64,000 nt of DNA, taken from positions 186,001 to 250,000 of the forward strand of contig JAPDFW010000071.1 in the NCBI GenBank assembly GCA_028826165.1, written 5' to 3'. The notes beneath the pieces are model-generated. The model ran no database searches. It was not told the DNA's origin and saw only the letters and a list, made by a program, of their open reading frames with translations. Below are positions 36,979-49,348 of this stretch, one piece after another; position 1 is the stretch's first letter, and each line of letters begins with the position of its first letter. The position numbers were made by a program, and so were the translations under genes. The DNA is from Anaeramoeba ignava BMAN (taxonomy: Eukaryota; Protista; Anaeramoebae).

Positions 36979-38400
36979 TTATTTTTCAAAAGATTCACGA
37001 ATTTGATTTAAAATTAGAGTTGCTGTTGAAAGTGAGATTTCAGAAGGGTTTTTCTGATACAACAATTGTGTAACTTGTTCAATCTCCTGATTATTTTGAG
37101 CGCCAGCCATAATTGCAAGGTTACTTGCATGAAGTTTCATGTGACCTTTCTGGATGCCTTCAGTAACTAAAGCTCTCAAAGCAGCAAAATTTTGAGCCAA
37201 ACCAACAGCAGCAAAAACAGAAGCGAGTTCTTGTGAATTTTTGCAATCCAAAAGTTTAAGACAAGTTTGAGCAACAGGATTAACTTTGGTAGCTCCGCCA
37301 ACAACACCTATTGAAAGAGGAACAAAAAGTTCACCAACTAAATCACCGTTGTTATTTTGGTAGTATTTAGTTAAAGTATTTGTGCGGCTATTCAGTATCT
37401 CCTGTTTTTGCAGGTCTGTGAATAGAATATCATCAAGAATCATCTGTTCTAAACCGGAAAAACGGGGGATTTCCAAAGAATATTTGCGAAAGGAATGAAT
37501 AGCAGATTCAATTGAACGGAAATCATTTCCTGTCGCAATGCAGACTGAATCAATGCCGTTCATCATTCCTTTGAGATGAGTAGCTGCTCTGAAGGGATCA
37601 TTTTCTGCGAATTGCCATGCTTGTATGATTCTTTGCGCAATTTCATCGCCACTGTACTTGTTTTTGGAGCTTTCTTGAAGAACCTGTTTTGTCCAAACTG
37701 CTTTTGCAGTGAATGTGCGATGAATTGGAAGATTCGAGATGATTTTGAGAAGAACATTCCCTTGAACAAGTGTTTCTATTGTTGGCGCAATGAATTCCAT
37801 CATGCTATTGACTATATTTGCGCCCATTGCGTCTTTGACATCAATCATGAAATAAATGATAAGCATTTCTTTTCTTGTTTGTGATTTTTGGAAATCATCC
37901 GAAATTGTGAGTATTCTGCTTGTCATATATTTTGCTCCTCCGTTTCTTTCATACATTTTTGGAAACTTTGTGTTGATCATTAAACACAGTTTTTCTTGAT
38001 ATGAATCCACATTTTTTTTCGCTTCTTCTGCGCTTATTTTCATTTCTATTGCTTGGATTTGCCCAATAACAACATCAATTCCTGTCGAAGTTACAAAAAA
38101 TCCTCCTGAATTTCTTGCTAGTTTTGCTGCAAAGGATACTGCTGCTATCACGCTTGATTCTTCAGTTGCCATTGGGATTATATATTCTTTTTTGTTCACA
38201 ATAAAGTTTGTTGCTATTCCTAATGGAATTGGGAATATTCCAATCATATTCTCGATCATTTTGTCGAATATTTCTGTTTTGTTTTTTGTGTTTGAAATTG
38301 TTTCTATATCGTTTTTGTCCAGAGTGGAGTTTTCAAGTAAAATTTCTTGTCTTTTTTGTAAGGGATTTTTGTAGAATGCTGGTAATTGTGAGGTTTTCAT
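36979..38400 (-). CDS. mvaA: Class II (prokaryote-type) HMG-CoA reductase, intronless
   Basis: ENMIG, PMATEESSVIAA, DAMGAN, DPFRAATHLKGMMNGID, GNDFR and GLAQNFAALRALVTEGIQKGHMKLHA. No N-terminal membrane domain. Confidence 0.92.
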   Translation of the reverse strand: MKTSQLPAFYKNPLQKRQEILLENSTLDKNDIETISNTKNKTEIFDKMIENMIGIFPIPLGIATNFIVNKKEYIIPMATEESSVIAAVSFAAKLARNSGGFFVTSTGIDVVIGQIQAIEMKISAEEAKKNVDSYQEKLCLMINTKFPKMYERNGGAKYMTSRILTISDDFQKSQTRKEMLIIYFMIDVKDAMGANIVNSMMEFIAPTIETLVQGNVLLKIISNLPIHRTFTAKAVWTKQVLQESSKNKYSGDEIAQRIIQAWQFAENDPFRAATHLKGMMNGIDSVCIATGNDFRSIESAIHSFRKYSLEIPRFSGLEQMILDDILFTDLQKQEILNSRTNTLTKYYQNNNGDLVGELFVPLSIGVVGGATKVNPVAQTCLKLLDCKNSQELASVFAAVGLAQNFAALRALVTEGIQKGHMKLHASNLAIMAGAQNNQEIEQVTQLLYQKNPSEISLSTATLILNQIRESFEK

Positions 38401-38429
38401 TTTGAAAAAAAAGAAAAATGAAAAAGATT

Positions 38430-38755
38430 TTTTTGATTTTAATTTTTGGATTTGATTTTAATTTTAATTTTGATTTGATTTTTGATTTTAATTTTGATTT
38501 TAATTTTAATTTTAATTTTAATTTTGATTTTAATTTTAATTTTAATTTTAATTTTAATTTTAATTTTGATTTTAATTTTAAATTTTGATTTTAATTTTAA
38601 TTTTGATTTTAATTTTGATTTTAATTTTAATTTTAAATTTTAATTTTTAATTTTAATTTTAATTTTTGATTTTAATTTTAATTTTAATTTTAATTTTAAT
38701 TTTAATTTTAATTTTAATTTAGATTTTAATTTTAATTATGATTTTAATTTTGATT
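38430..38755. repeat. (TTTTAA/TTTTGA)n microsatellite between the divergent HMGR and CDF genes
   Basis: Visible hexamer run. Confidence 0.9.
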
Positions 38756-38866
38756 TGAAAAAAAAAATTTTTTTAATTTCATTTTTTTCCTTTTCATTCT
38801 TTTTTTGATTTGAAAAAAAAAATTTTTTTAATTTCATTTTTTTCCTTTTCATTCTTTTTTTCTAAA

Positions 38867-41800
38867 ATGTCAGATAGTGATTTGGAATTAGAAACATTTG
38901 AAACAATTCAATTAAACGATCCAGACGAAGAACCACCATTACCATGGAATTACGAAGAATATCGGAGTCCATTTACATCACACATTCATTATTCATGCGG
39001 ACATCAAGTACTAATTGAGCAATTAGACGATGAGCAATTAATATCAAAAAAATGTCCTATTTGCCAGAACGATCAATCACCACTTTCGGTTATCCAAAAA
39101 AAACACTTAAAATGCCCTCAACTTTACTCAGAAAACATCTCAGGAAAAATAAAAGAAATGGGAGAAGATCCAACAATTCGGAACAGAAAATCAGGCGTTC
39201 ATGAATACTATCTGAACCAGCAAAGATTACTGCAGAAATACGGAAGCGATCTGCAAAATGTTCCCGTAAAAAGAAACTATATTACAAAACATGATCCTGC
39301 GAATTTTATGCCCCAAATAGATTCGCAAATAGAAAATTCAACAATTTCGCAAGTTGTCCAAGAAACCGAACTTACAGACCCAACAGAACCAACAGAAAAG
39401 AGCCAAGAAGTTCTTCTCAAAATGAAGGAGCAACGTCGGAAAACGATCCAAACAAAAGCCAAAGAAAAAGAGCAAAAAATAACGGACTTGCAACTTTGGA
39501 TTTCTTTTATTACGAATTTTGTCCTTGTTATTCTCAAATCAATTGCTGTTTCTGTTTCTTCTTCTGCAACGGTTGTTGCCTCGCTAATGGATTCTATTCT
39601 TGATATCCTTTCTTGTTTCACAGTCATTTTCACTGAAAGATTTTCGCGCAAGAAGTCTTTTAATGATCTTTATCGATATCCAGTTGGCAAATCAAGAATG
39701 GAACCCATTTTAATTCTCGTTTTTAGTTCAGTTACTTCAACAATGGGAATCCAATTGTTTATTCAGTCCATCCAGCATTTGATTGGCAAGAAAACTAAAG
39801 TCGAGTTTGGTGTTTATCCTTTCGTTGTTTTGCTGTTTACTGTTGGTGTTAAATTGATTTTGTATATTTGGTGTCGTTTTTCAAAGAGATCTGTCATTCG
39901 TATTCTTTCTAAAGATCATCGAAATGATGTTTTTAGTAATTTGGTTGGTGTTATAATGGCTGAAATGGCCACAAAATATTATTGGAGGTAATTAATATTA
40001 AATTTTTAAATAAATTTTCAAATTTTGAAATAAAATTGATTATAAAATTGATTATAAAATTGATTATAAAATTGATTATAAAATTTATTATTAAATTGAT
40101 TATTAAATTTATTATAAAATTGATTATTAAATTGATTATTAAATTGATTATTAAATTTATTATTAAATTGATTATTAAATTGATTATTAAATTTATTATT
40201 AAATTGATTATTAAATTGATTATTAAATTGATTATAAAATTGATTATAAAATTAATTATAAAATTAATTATAAAATTAATTATTAAATTGATTATTAAAT
40301 TGATTATAAAATTATTTATAAAATTGATTATAAAATTTATTATTAAATTAATTAAAAAAGTGGAATAAAATTGATTATAAAATTGATTATAAAATTAATT
40401 ATAAAATTGATTATTAAATTGATTATTATTAAATTGATTTAAAATTGATTATTAAATTGATTATTAAATTGATTATAAAATTGATTATAAAATTGATTAT
40501 TAAATTAATTAAAAAATTAATTATTAAAATTAATTATAAAATTATTAAATTGATTATTAAATTAATTATAAAATTAATTATTAAATTAATTATAAAATTG
40601 ATTATAAAAAATTATAAAAAAATTGATTAAAATTAATTATAAAAATTAATTATAAAATTAATTATAAAATTAATTATAAAATTAATTATAAAATTAATTA
40701 TAAAATTGATTATAAAATTAATTATAAAATTAATTATAAAATTGATTATAAAATTGATTATAAAATTGATTATAAAATTAATTATAAAAAAATTATAAAA
40801 TTTATAAAATTAATTATAAAATTTATAAAATTGATTATAAAATTAATTATAAAATTAATTATAAAATTATTTATAAAATTAATTATAAAATTAATTATAA
40901 AATTATTTATAAAATTGATTATAAAATTAATTATAAAATTATTTATAAAATTATTTATAAAATTATTTATAAATTGATTTATTTATAAAATTTATTATAA
41001 AATTTATTATAAAATTGATTATAAAATTGATTATAAAATTAATTATTAAATTTATTATAAAATTGATTATAAAATTAATTATTAAATTTATTATAAAATT
41101 AATTATAAAATTAATTATTAAATTGATTATAAAATTGATTATAAAATTGATTATAAAAATTGTTTAATTATAAAATTAATTATAAAATTGATTATAAAAT
41201 TAATTATAAAAATAAAATATAAAATTAATTATTATAAAATTAATTATAAAAGTTAAATTGATTATAAAATTAATTATAAAATTGATTATAAAATTAATTA
41301 TAAAATTAATTATAAAATTAATTATAAAATTATAAAATTTATAAAATTAAATTAATTATAAAAATTGGAATAAATTTTTAAATAAAAAATAAAAATATAA
41401 AATTAATTTAATTATTAAAATTAATTATAAAATTAATTATAAAATTGATTATTAAATTGATTATAAAATTGATTATAAAATTGATTATAAAATTGATTAT
41501 AAAATTGATTATAAAATTGATTATAAAATTAATTATAAAATTGATTATAAAATTAATTATAAAATTAATTATAAAATTGATTATAAAATTAATTATAAAA
41601 TTGATTATAAAATTAATTATAAAATTGATTATTAAAAATTAATTATAAAATTAATTAAAAATTGATTATAAAATTAAATTGATTATAAAATTAATTATAA
41701 AATTGATTATAAAATTAATTATAAAATTGATTATAAAATTAATTATAAATTAATTATAAAATTAATTATAAAATTGATTATAAAATTAATTATAAAATTA

Positions 41801-42750
41801 TTTATAAAATTAATTATAAAATTAATTATAAAATTAATTATAAAATTGATTATAAAATTGATTATAAAATTAATTATAAAATTATAAAAATTATAAAAAA
41901 AATTAAATGGATTAAAAATTGGAATAAAATTGATTATAAAATTAATTATAAAATTAAAATTATTAATTATAAAATTTATAAAATTAATTATAAAATTAAT
42001 TATAAAATTAATTATAAAATTAATTATAAAATTAATTATAAAATTTATAAAAAAAATTTAATTATAAAAATTATAAAATTAATTATAAAATTGATTATTA
42101 AATTGATTATTAAATTGATTATTAAATTAATTATAAAATTTATTATTAAATTTATTATTAAATTAATTATAAAATTGATTATAAATTGATTATTAAATTG
42201 ATTATTAAATTGATTATAAAATTGATTATAAAATTGATTATAAAAATTAATTAAAAAAAGTGGAATAGATTTTTAAATAAATTAAATTTAAAATTAAACT
42301 AAAATTTAGAATGGATTTTATTGGAGAAATGACTATTGCTTTTATGATCCTTTTAACTTGGATTACTTTAATTTATAAAAACATTTTCAATTTAATTGGA
42401 GTAAGTGCACCTCCAGAACTCTTCAATAGATTAACATTTCTTGCATTAAAACATCATCAAGCAATATTAGCAGTAGAAAGAGTTCAAACACTTAAATTTG
42501 GTTCAAAATATTTTGTTGAAATTGATATTGTTCTTCCTTATGATATGGTAATTTTATAATTTAAATTTATTATTTAAAACATTTTAAAATTTTTTTTTTT
42601 TTTTCTTTTTGGAAAAATTTTTTCTAGCTTTTAGAACAATGTCATAGAATCGGTGAATCTTTACAAGATAAAGTAGAAGAAATTCCTGAAGTTGAAAGAG
42701 CATTTGTTCATGTTGATTCTCAAATTGAACACAAACCAGAACATAATTAA
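38867..42750 (+). CDS. Cation diffusion facilitator, Mn-CDF (MTP8-11-like); exons 38867-39987, 42310-42547, 42628-42750
   Basis: TM2 ASLMDSILD (DxxxD), YRYPVGKSRMEP, TM5 DHRND, and C-terminal FVEIDIVLP...HRIGESLQDKVEEIPEVERAFVHVD...HKPEH. Introns are phase-compatible. Confidence 0.9.
40030..42260. repeat. 12-bp satellite (AAATTGATTATA / AAATTAATTATA) filling the 2.3-kb CDF intron 39988-42309
   Basis: Visible 12-nt period, which gives the spurious (KLII)n ORFs. Confidence 0.95.
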
Positions 42751-43779
42751 TTTTTTAATAGTTAATTTTTCTTTTTTTGCTTTTTTTTTTGCTTTTTAAA
42801 AATTTTTCTTTTAGTTTTTTTCTTTTTCTTTTCTTTTTCTTCTTTTTAAAAGGAAAAAAAATAAAAAATTCTTACGTGTACTCTAAAAGAAAAATTGAAG
42901 GCAAAATAAAAAGAAAATTTAATAAAATAAAAAAATAGCAAAAGGGAATAACTTTTTATTTAATTTTTTAATTTTAATTTCTTTTATTTATTTTTAATTT
43001 CTTTTATTTAATTTTTTTTTAATTTGGATCTAATTAATTTTAAAATTATCTTTATTTAAAAAAAAAAAGAAAAAATTTTTTTGATTAAAAAAAAATTTTT
43101 TTTGAATTGTTTATTTAAATAAATTATTTAAATAAATTTAAATTGAAATTTCCAATAATTTCCTTTCAACTTTTAAATTGAAATTAATATAAATTAAAAT
43201 AAAACAAAAAATGAAGTCATCTTAATTTAAAATAAAAAAATTCCATTTAGATAAAAAAAAAAAAATTAATTTTATTAATTAATGAAAAAATTTTTTTTTA
43301 TTTATTTCAGTTTTTATTTTAATTAAAATTTTAAACAAAAATATTAAATTTGGACTTGAATTGAAATTTTTAATTTAATTTTAATTTTTTAATTTTAATT
43401 TTTAATTTTTTAATTTTAAATTTTTTTCCAATAAGTTTTTGATCAATGTAAATTTTTTTTTTTTCCTTTTTATTATTTTAAATTAAAAAAGAAAAAGCAA
43501 TTTTGATTGAATTTTATCTAAATTTATAAAATAAAATTAAGTTTATTTTTAGTTTATTTTTAATTTATTTAAAAAAATATTTTTTTTTTAATTATTTTTT
43601 TTTTTTAAAAGAAAAAGAGAAAAAGAAAAGAAAAGAAAAAAGAAAAAGAAAAAAAAACTTTTTCTCAGCTTTTTTTGATCTTCATTTTTCTTTCTCTCTA
43701 TTTTTTTTTTTCAAACTTTTATCTATTTTTATTCTTTCTCTTTTTTTTTACTTTCTTTTACTTATTTTCTTTTTCTATA

Positions 43780-44813
43780 ATGTATCCTCCTTTTAGACAA
43801 ACTTTTAATTATCCAATGATTATCCAATTCATGAAACAAACGAACTGTGAAAATTTTGAGGAAAGTATGCGATTTCTTGTTTGGTCTGGTTGGGATCTAA
43901 ATGTAAAACAAAATTTTTATTATTTCTAAATTTTTAATTAAAAAAAATTTTTTTTAATTGCTTTTGCTTTTGCTTTTTTTTTCCTTTTTTTATCTATTTT
44001 TATTTTTTTTTTTCTTTTTTTTAAATTGGATTATTCATTCTTTCAAAAAAAAAAAAAACCAATCAATCAATCAAACTAACAAACTAACAAACCAATTAAA
44101 AAAACAACAAAACTTTTTTCTTTTCTATTTTTTATTAGTTTGCTATCTGTCTAAGAAGTCTTTGTTTTCTTCAATCAAATTCAAATGAACAATTTCTCCC
44201 CAATTCACTAATCGAAACAGAAGAATATAAAAAACAAACCCCAGAACACATAACCATTTCAGAATCCATAGAAAATCCAAACAACCAAGAAACAACAAAA
44301 ATGCGAAGTAAAAGAAAAACTTCTCCATCTCCAGATGAAGATATTTTGCAAACAGAAGATGCTCTTGACTCTCAACTCTCACAAAATGGCAAACGCACAA
44401 AAACATCAACTCCGCCGCCAGCCAAACAGTTGTCAGAAGTGTTACATGGACGACCAATTACAGAAGAACTTCTTCACGAATTTCTGCTGCAAAAACCCGC
44501 TCCACGTTGGCAATTCCGTTTAGATGCATTTCAAAAATTACATCCCAACTTTCTTGCAGGATGGCCGGAAGAATTTGATGCTTGTATGAAAGCAAAATCA
44601 GCAATTAATGATCCAACTGGTAATCCTCGTAGATCACGAATGTTCAAAATTGCTGTCAATAAAGATTTACTTGATCAATACCCACAAAATCCAAGTCAAA
44701 CCAAATTTAGATCAAATTTGCAAAGAGGTTTGATCAAGTTTTTTGAAAACAAAGGATTTTCTTATTCAAAAAATGAAACTGGATCATGGATTATTTTTTC
44801 TCAATGGGTTTAA
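43780..44813 (+). CDS. Protein with N-terminal UBA-like domain and an uncharacterised C-terminal globular domain (exons 43780-43902, 44139-44813)
   Basis: IIQFMKQTNCENFEESMRFLVWSGWDLN|FAI fits the UBA-like F..xT...A..xL...WDL..A pattern. Phase-0 intron 43903-44138 joins in frame to the 44301 ORF. Basic NLS-like RSKRK. Confidence 0.65.
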
Positions 44814-45414
44814 AAGAATGGTTTTTATATTTTCTTTCTTTTTCTTTTTTCTTTTTTTTTTATTTTTTAAACTATTTTTTTTTTTGATTTTATTCTGTTA
44901 TTTTTTTATTCCTTTATTTTTTTTCTTCTTTTTTTTTTTTTGGTTTTTCAACAAAAGAACAACTTCATAAGTGTTCTTTTTGTGATCTTAAAATTTTCTT
45001 TTTCTTTTTCTTTTTCTTTTTCTTTATGTTTTCTTTTTACTTTTTTTCTTTTGAAAATTAACCAAAAGAAAAATAAAAATAAAAATAAAAACAAAAACAA
45101 AAACAAACCAAATTTCTATCTTTTTTTTTTCATTTAAATTTTTGACATTTACAAAAACAAAAAACAAAAAACAAAAATTTAATTTAATTTAATTTAATTT
45201 GATCTTTTTTGAATTAATTTTGATCTTTTTGAAATAATAATTTGTAAAAATAATTTCTATTTATTATCCTTTAATCAAAAATTAAATATTCAAATAAAAA
45301 AATTAAATTGATTAAGTGAAAGAATTTTCCAAAAATATTTTTTTATTTTTTTATTTTCATTTTTTCATTTTTTCATTTTTTCTTTTTTTCTTTATTCAAT
45401 CTTAAATAAAAAAA

Positions 45415-48400
45415 ATGACTCAAATTGAACAATGGGAAACAATTCCATTAGATGATCCAATAAAAAAAAAATTCAAATTAAAAAATCCCTTTAACAAATC
45501 AGAATCATCACAATTAGGACAACAAACACAAACTCAAAACACAGAACAATCACGAATACAAACAAATAAAGACACACAAAGATTTGTGATTGATTTCCCC
45601 AAAAAATATCAAGAAAAAGTGCAAGAAAATAACTCAAAAGAAAGGATGATTTTACTTCAAAATGAAGATAAATATAGCTCAATTTTTACTGAATTATTAG
45701 ATTCACTTGAACCTCGATTTTTATCACAAATTCCAATTCTTTCAACAAAAACAGAATCATCAAAAAAAACAACATCATCAACTACTCCAAATCAACCAAC
45801 AGATAATCTTGATTTTATAATAGAATCTATTGATTCGTTGAACAAAAACCAACCTCTTCATTTCAAAACTGATTCTTCTTTAAATTTTCCTTCTATTGAA
45901 AATGATAACCAATCTTTAGATAAAGACACCTCAGAAATTCAGAACGAACTTTTAACCCCAAAAGAAATTAATCAGGAACCAAGTTTTCCTAAATTTGATG
46001 AGTCTTTTTCGCCTCTTCATGATGACAATTCTAATTATGATTCAGATACTAAAAGAAGTTCTTCGAATGTTGCTGAAAAAATTTCAGTTCCTGACTTTTC
46101 AAATTTAAAGAATCAAAATGAAAATCAAAATGAAAATCAGAATCAAAATCAAATTCAAAATCAAAATCAAAATCAAAATCAAAATCAAAATGAAAATCAG
46201 AATCAAAATCAAAATCAAATTCAAAATCAGAATCAAAATCAAAATCAAAATCAAAATCAAAATCAAAATCAAAATGAAAATCAAATTGAAAATCAAATTG
46301 AAAATCAAAATCAAAATGAGCCTGATCCTCTTGAAGATAAATTTAACAAAATTGACAGTAAAATTCAAAATTCAAAACTCAAAACTTAAAATTCAAAATT
46401 TAAAATTCAAAATTTTTTAGAATCTCAAACAACAAATTCATATGAATTTATCAACAAATTTAACAAAAACTTTAACGAAGCAATTCACGAAATGATTATA
46501 AATCATCAAATTCCAAATTATCCAAGTGCTGTTGCTGAATTATTATTTAATTTAAATAATTTAAATCATGATCAATTACTCCAATATTTTATGTCGATGT
46601 AAACATATTTTTTAAAGATTTATTTAAAGATTTATTTACAAATTTATTTACAAATTTATTTATAGATTTATTTATAAAATTATTTATAAAATTTATTTAA
46701 AGATTTATTTATAAATTTATTATAAATTTATTTATAAATTTATTTACAGATTTATTTAAAAATTTATTTATAGATTTATTTATAAATTTATTTATAGATT
46801 TATTTAAAGATTTATTTATAAATTTATTTAAAAATTTATTTACAAATTTATTTATAAAATTATTTACAAAATTATTTATAAATTTATTTATAAATTTATT
46901 TACAAATTTATTTATAAATTTATTTAAAGATTTATTTATAAATTTATTTAAAGATTTATTTATAGATTTATTTAAAGATTTATTTAAAGATTTATTTATA
47001 AATTTATTTACAAATTTATTTATAAATTTATTTAAAGATTTATTTATAGATTTATTTAAAGATTTATTTACAAATTTATTTACAAATTTATTTAAAAATT
47101 TATTTACAAATTTATTTATAAAATTTATTTATAGATTTATTTATAGATTTATTTATAGATTTATTTAAAAATTTATTTATAAAATTTATTTATAGATTTA
47201 TTTATAGATTTATTTATAAAATTATTTATAAATTTATTTATAAATTTATTTATAAATTTATTTAAAGATTTATTTATAAATTATTTACAAATTTATTTAT
47301 AGATTTATTTACAAATTTATTTATAAAATTATTTATAAATTTATTTATAAATTTATTTAAGATTTATTTATTTATAAATTTATTTAAAAAGATTTATTTA
47401 TAGATTTATTTAACAAATTTATAAATTTATTTAAAATTTATTTATAAATTTATTTATATAAATTTATTTATAAATTATTTATAAATTTATTTATAGATTT
47501 ATTTATAAATTTATTTACAAATTTATTTACAAATTATTTATAGATTTATTTATAAATTTATTTAAAGATTTATTTATAAATTTATTTAAAGATTTATTTA
47601 TAAAATTATTTATAAATTTATTTACAAATTTATTTATAAATTTATTTTATTTAAAGATTTATTTTAAAGATTTATTTAAAGATTTATTTAAAGATTTATT
47701 TAAAAGATTTATTTAAAAATTTATTTAAAAATTTATTTAAAGATTTATTTAAAGATTTATTTATAAATTTATTTACAAATTTATTTATAAAATTATTTAA
47801 AAATTTATTTATAAAATTATTTAAAAATTTATTTATAAATTTATTTAAAATTTATTTATAAATTTATTTAAAAATTTATTTATAAATTTATTTAAAATTT
47901 ATTTATAAATTTATTTATAAATTTATTTATAAATTTATTTAAAGATTTATTTATAAAATTATTTAAAGATTTATTTATAAATTTATAAATTTATTTTCAT
48001 AAAAAAAAGTTCGGAATTTAATCAACAAGTTTTCAAAGCATTTACTCGTCTTTTTAATTTCACAGAAAAACCTATTGACGAAGCATTCACGTAAAAAAAA
48101 ATACACAATTAAACATTTTATACAAATTTGTTTATATCTATAAATTAAATACAAATTTATTTATATCTATAAATTAAATACAAATTTGATTTATATCTAT
48201 AAATTAAATACAAATTTGTTTATATCTATAAATTAAATACAAATTTGTTTATATCTATAAATTAAATATATTCAATTAGTATCTTTTTTTCTAAAATGGG
48301 ATTTCCAAAAGAACAAGAAAGTATTAAATTCTTACTACAAGAATTTTTACAAAGATATACTTCTCAATTTACTCCTCAAGGTTATAAAACAATTATTTTC

Positions 48401-49264
48401 AAACTTATATAATCATTTAAAAACAATTTCTATTTAAAACATTTTTCCTTCTTATTAAAACAGAAAATCATTTTCTATTGATAAAAATTTTGGAACTTCA
48501 TATTGAATTACATATTAAGCAATATAATTCAAAACCAACTCGTGCAAGTTTCATTAAATCTTTTCAAGAAGCTAATCACAACTTTTCTTTTTCAGAACGT
48601 TTTCTTTCTGAAATGTATGATCGAGTTTCACAGAAGGGATTACAAATCCAAAACACAAGTAAAAAAATGATGAAACTCGATTTATTTCCTTGTCTAAAAA
48701 AAGGAAATATGACAAAACAAGTAACTTTATTCACTTTATATGATTTCTTATTATCCAAAACAAAAATATTAATAATAATATTTAATCTTAACTTTTTTTT
48801 TTTTTTGGATACTATAATTGATAAAAGGGAGGAAGAATTAAAAATTGGAAGAAAAGGTGGATTGTTCTTAGTTATCAAACTCTCTCTTATTTTAAAAATG
48901 ATAAAGTATTTCTTGTTTAAATTAAAAAAAAAAATCAAATCAAATCAAATAAAAAATATTCAAATTTTCCTTCTTTTATTTAAAGAGCGATACTCCTTGT
49001 GGTTTTATCAATATGGAAAATGTTCATGTTTCTCGTCTCGAAGAAAATAAACGTAAAAAAAATGTTAAATTTAGTATCCAACTTACTCCAAAACAAGGAA
49101 AAAAAATTAATGGAGCTAAAATCAATTCAAAAGGAAAAATTATTTCAGGAAATCATTCAAAATATATTTTCTTTGTTTCTTCTGAAAAAGAAAGAGAGGA
49201 TTGGATTTCTGCAATTCAATTTATTGCTGATTTTGATTTACTTCAAATTTTACAAAAACTTTAA
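45415..49264 (+). CDS. Cytohesin-like Sec7 + PH ArfGEF, divergent (exons 45415-46357, 46421-46598, 48010-48090, 48280-48380, 48464-48720, 48828-48905, 48986-49264)
   Basis: Sec7 helices (NKFNKNFNEAI, AVAELLF, FNQQVFKAFTRLFNF, GFPKEQESIKFLLQEFLQRY, FLSEMYDRV). PH domain KKGNMTKQ|GGRIKNWKKRWIVL...SEKEREDWISAI. All six introns are GT-AG and phase-compatible. Confidence 0.85.
46610..47995. repeat. 12-bp satellite (AAATTTATTTAT / AGATTTATTTAA variants) filling the 1.4-kb intron 46599-48009
   Basis: Visible 12-nt period. Confidence 0.95.
48121..48268. repeat. 29-bp minisatellite x5 (TACAAATTTGTTTATATCTATAAATTAAA) in Sec7 intron 48091-48279
   Basis: Five near-identical tandem copies. Confidence 0.9.
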
Positions 49265-49348
49265 GTTTAACTTTAGTTTTGATTTTGATTTTAAATTTAA
49301 GCAAAAAAACATAATAAAAAAATGGAAAACAAAAAGAAAATCATTTCT

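Noticed and set aside
39982-41642. (KLII)n ORFs, and similar ORFs at 14854-15087, 46105-46420, 57953-58595 and 59502-59840
   Set aside because: These are translations of satellites or alternative frames of low-complexity coding repeats.
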